This document shows, one piece after another, positions 25,326 to 27,356 of a stretch of 27,356 nt of DNA (its first letter is position 1; each line of letters begins with the position of its first letter). The DNA is from a virus (lineage: Duplodnaviria; Caudoviricetes): IMG/VR virus record IMGVR_UViG_3300017909_001965, positions 1-27,356 of that record, one strand, 5' to 3'. The translations under genes were made by a program, and so were the position numbers. Below the pieces are notes generated by a model. The model was not told the origin of the DNA, made no database searches, and saw only the letters and a list, made by a program, of their open reading frames with translations.

Positions 25326-26384
25326 ATGACGGAAGTCAATTTCGAATCGGAGGGACGTGCAAGGTCTCTCCGAGAATCAATACACTATAGTATGGACACA
25401 CAAGTGAACAGCTATAGTACAAGACCAGCATATTATTTCTTCTCACCAGAGAAGATGATAAAGAGTTGGACAAGAGCTACGAAAGTAGAATCTAACTTCA
25501 TAGATAACTATGGGATACCAATGGGTATGGAACTAGAGGTAGAACGTAGAAACTATGTTGGACGTGAAGATGATGCAGATAACATTCGTCACATTAACAA
25601 AGATGCGATGTGGAACTACTACATCAAACGCTTTGGTGAGTATACGAATGATGTTACTGCTGGTGTTGTTGACACACCCGTACAGTTCTTCATAGCTAAG
25701 GAAGATGGTTCACTATCTAATGGTGTTGAGTTTGTATCTCAACCTATGACATTAGGTATGTGGAGCAAAATACCTTTGTTGTTTGAAGACATTACTGGTG
25801 ATTATGCTGCTTACCATAGACGTACTACTGGTTTGCACATACACATACCAAAGGGTGCATTCGAAGATAGTCATCTTCATAGATGGTTACATTTGATGAA
25901 AGCATTAGGTAGTACTCCTGTGAATCACAGAAGATTATCTAATGTCTTAGCACTTATTGGTCAAAGACAGTTTAACAACTGGGCAAGGTTCATTATGCCA
26001 GAGTACAGAAATGTTAAATCACAACTAGCACAGGTAGCTATTGATAGAGTCAATCATGATGGTGGCAGGTACAAGTTCTTGAACTTCAATCCTGGTTCAA
26101 CTATCGAATTAAGATTCTTCAAGGCTAACATGCAGACACAGAGGATACTAAAGAACTTAGAGTTTGTTGACGCAACCTATGAGTTCACTAAGGGCATGAC
26201 TGATATGACACAATGTAATATCAACATGTTCACTTGGTATCTAAGAAACCATTCAATCAAGTATCAGAACTTACTTGAATATCTTGACGCACACAGTGAC
26301 AAGATTGATTGGGACTACAAATATGACCTTGACTCTTTTGAGTTGGAGGCACAAGAAAATATGAGGGAAGGAGAGTTGGTATGA
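25326..26384 (+). CDS. Second putative amidoligase (COOH-NH2 ligase)
   Basis: MGMELE, KEDGSLSNGVEFVSQP, TGLHIH, RYKFLN and TIELRFF motifs; AAGGAGG RBS. Confidence 0.9.
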   Translation: MTEVNFESEGRARSLRESIHYSMDTQVNSYSTRPAYYFFSPEKMIKSWTRATKVESNFIDNYGIPMGMELEVERRNYVGREDDADNIRHINKDAMWNYYIKRFGEYTNDVTAGVVDTPVQFFIAKEDGSLSNGVEFVSQPMTLGMWSKIPLLFEDITGDYAAYHRRTTGLHIHIPKGAFEDSHLHRWLHLMKALGSTPVNHRRLSNVLALIGQRQFNNWARFIMPEYRNVKSQLAQVAIDRVNHDGGRYKFLNFNPGSTIELRFFKANMQTQRILKNLEFVDATYEFTKGMTDMTQCNINMFTWYLRNHSIKYQNLLEYLDAHSDKIDWDYKYDLDSFELEAQENMREGELV

Positions 26385-26776
26385 CTATACCACAATGGAA
26401 TCTAGCAGAAGGAACAGCTACTAGTATTAGCAACTTAAGAAACGCAGGTAACTGGGATGATATGGGTGTTTACTTTGACGTATCACGTACTGAAGTAAGA
26501 CATCACTATCACAGCACAAGTGCTCGTGTTTCTATTGATACACTAGTGGAACTTAACTTACTACCAGAATCATCATTCACTATTGAACAAGATTCAATGG
26601 GTGGTACACATGTTGACTACAACGGTAGTGAATATGATATGAGTCGTGCTATTCAAGAATATGTTGACAATCACATGGACCATGATGATGAGTTTATGTA
26701 TTCAGAATCACAAGACAATGACTTTGCCGAATGGTACGGTCCAGCTAGTTATGACGATTACTATGACTGGGAATAG
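26381..26776 (+). CDS. Acidic lysine-free protein B (paralog of 24924..25313)
   Basis: ATGA overlap with ligase 2; AAGGAG RBS; MTIPQWNLAEG start. Confidence 0.8.
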   Translation: MTIPQWNLAEGTATSISNLRNAGNWDDMGVYFDVSRTEVRHHYHSTSARVSIDTLVELNLLPESSFTIEQDSMGGTHVDYNGSEYDMSRAIQEYVDNHMDHDDEFMYSESQDNDFAEWYGPASYDDYYDWE

Positions 26777-26785
26777 GAGGTAATT

Positions 26786-26878
26786 ATATCTAATTACATT
26801 TGGTTGTACTTTGAAGTGTTGTTCTACACAATAATTACAGCCATCATATTATACAAATACGCAGAACGTAAGTTCTAA
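26786..26878 (+). CDS. 30-aa membrane micro-protein with apparent ATA start
   Basis: AGGAGG-taatt-ATA, then SNYIWLYFEVLFYTIITAIILYKYAERKF*; a long hairpin starts at its stop codon. Confidence 0.5.
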   Translation: MSNYIWLYFEVLFYTIITAIILYKYAERKF

Positions 26879-26922
26879 AGTATATAGGGTCTATCTAAAC
26901 AGGTAGACCTTATTATATTTTA
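26876..26922 (+). terminator. 47-nt hairpin ending the ligase operon (terminator or processing site)
   Basis: TAAAGTATA-TAGGGTCTATCT-AAAC-AGGTAGACCTTA-T-TATATTTTA, 21 bp including G-U pairs. Confidence 0.7.
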
Positions 26923-27046
26923 AGACTAGGATTTAGGGCATTTTGTTGTCAGCATGGCAGAGGTCTATCCTGTCGGATATATAGGGAAAAAAATTTGCCA
27001 ACCAACCTTTCTCCTAATGCGACATTTTTCAAGGTGGGTAATGAGA

Positions 27047-27257
27047 TTTAACCATCAGGCCGTCTGGGTTTTACCATCAGGGTTTTAACTTACAACATCA
27101 AGGTCAATGTTTATAGGGTTTGTGTCTTGTAAGTAAGTTTCTCTTCAGGTCTGGCTGTGCATCTACCTTCTTCTTTGCGACACATACCTCAATGTTTATA
27201 GGCTTTTGTGTCGTGGCGGCGAAGCAGCGTGCTGCGCAGCATCTTTTTGGCCGGCCA
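27047..27257. repeat. Non-coding region with direct repeats and palindromes
   Basis: ACCATCAGG twice; TCAATGTTTATAGG-(1 or 2 nt)-TTTGTGTC at 27104 and 27189; palindromes TGCTGCGCAGCA (27230) and TGGCCGGCCA (27248). Confidence 0.6.
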
Positions 27258-27356
27258 GAGCCAGGCCGATTGTTTCACAACACATTTAGGACTTAATAAA
27301 TTTATTAATTCTTCTGTAACCTTTTCTGGTTTTTGAGTGTCTAAGTAAGGCAAGCA

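Noticed and set aside
1-27356. CRISPR array, tRNA, integrase, transposase, intron or intein
   Set aside because: I found no regularly spaced repeats, cloverleaf or catalytic motifs by eye. The early hairpins are irregularly spaced and separated by genes.

Overview
This window is part of a low-GC siphovirus genome (roughly mid-30s % GC by eye). The host is very probably an actinobacterium: there is a WhiB gene, leaderless TAnnnT-6nt-ATG starts, and AGAAAGGA ribosome-binding sites. The low GC suggests a streamlined aquatic host such as 'Ca. Actinomarina', which is inference only. Bases 1-19.6 kb are almost all on the minus strand and carry the packaging/morphogenesis arm: terS, whiB, DEDDh exonuclease, FmdB zinc ribbon, PD-(D/E)XK nuclease, terL, extended portal, extended prohead protease, HK97-type capsid, head-tail proteins, a giant 1216-aa neck-position protein, major tail protein, frameshifted tail chaperones and a partial tape measure. 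Bases 19.7-26.9 kb (plus strand) look like an early region. About 12 micro-ORFs are punctuated by a family of long hairpins, followed by an operon of two COOH-NH2 ligases (amidoligases), a class II glutamine amidotransferase and two paralogous acidic proteins with no lysine at all. That operon is the best candidate for a novel system, possibly a phage-encoded Pup-like tagging or peptide-ligation system. Other highlights: a structured intergenic RNA that copies the tail-chaperone translation-initiation hairpin, a WhiB gene that needs a non-canonical start, and multi-domain portal and protease proteins. All family assignments come from motif recognition by eye; no database search was run.
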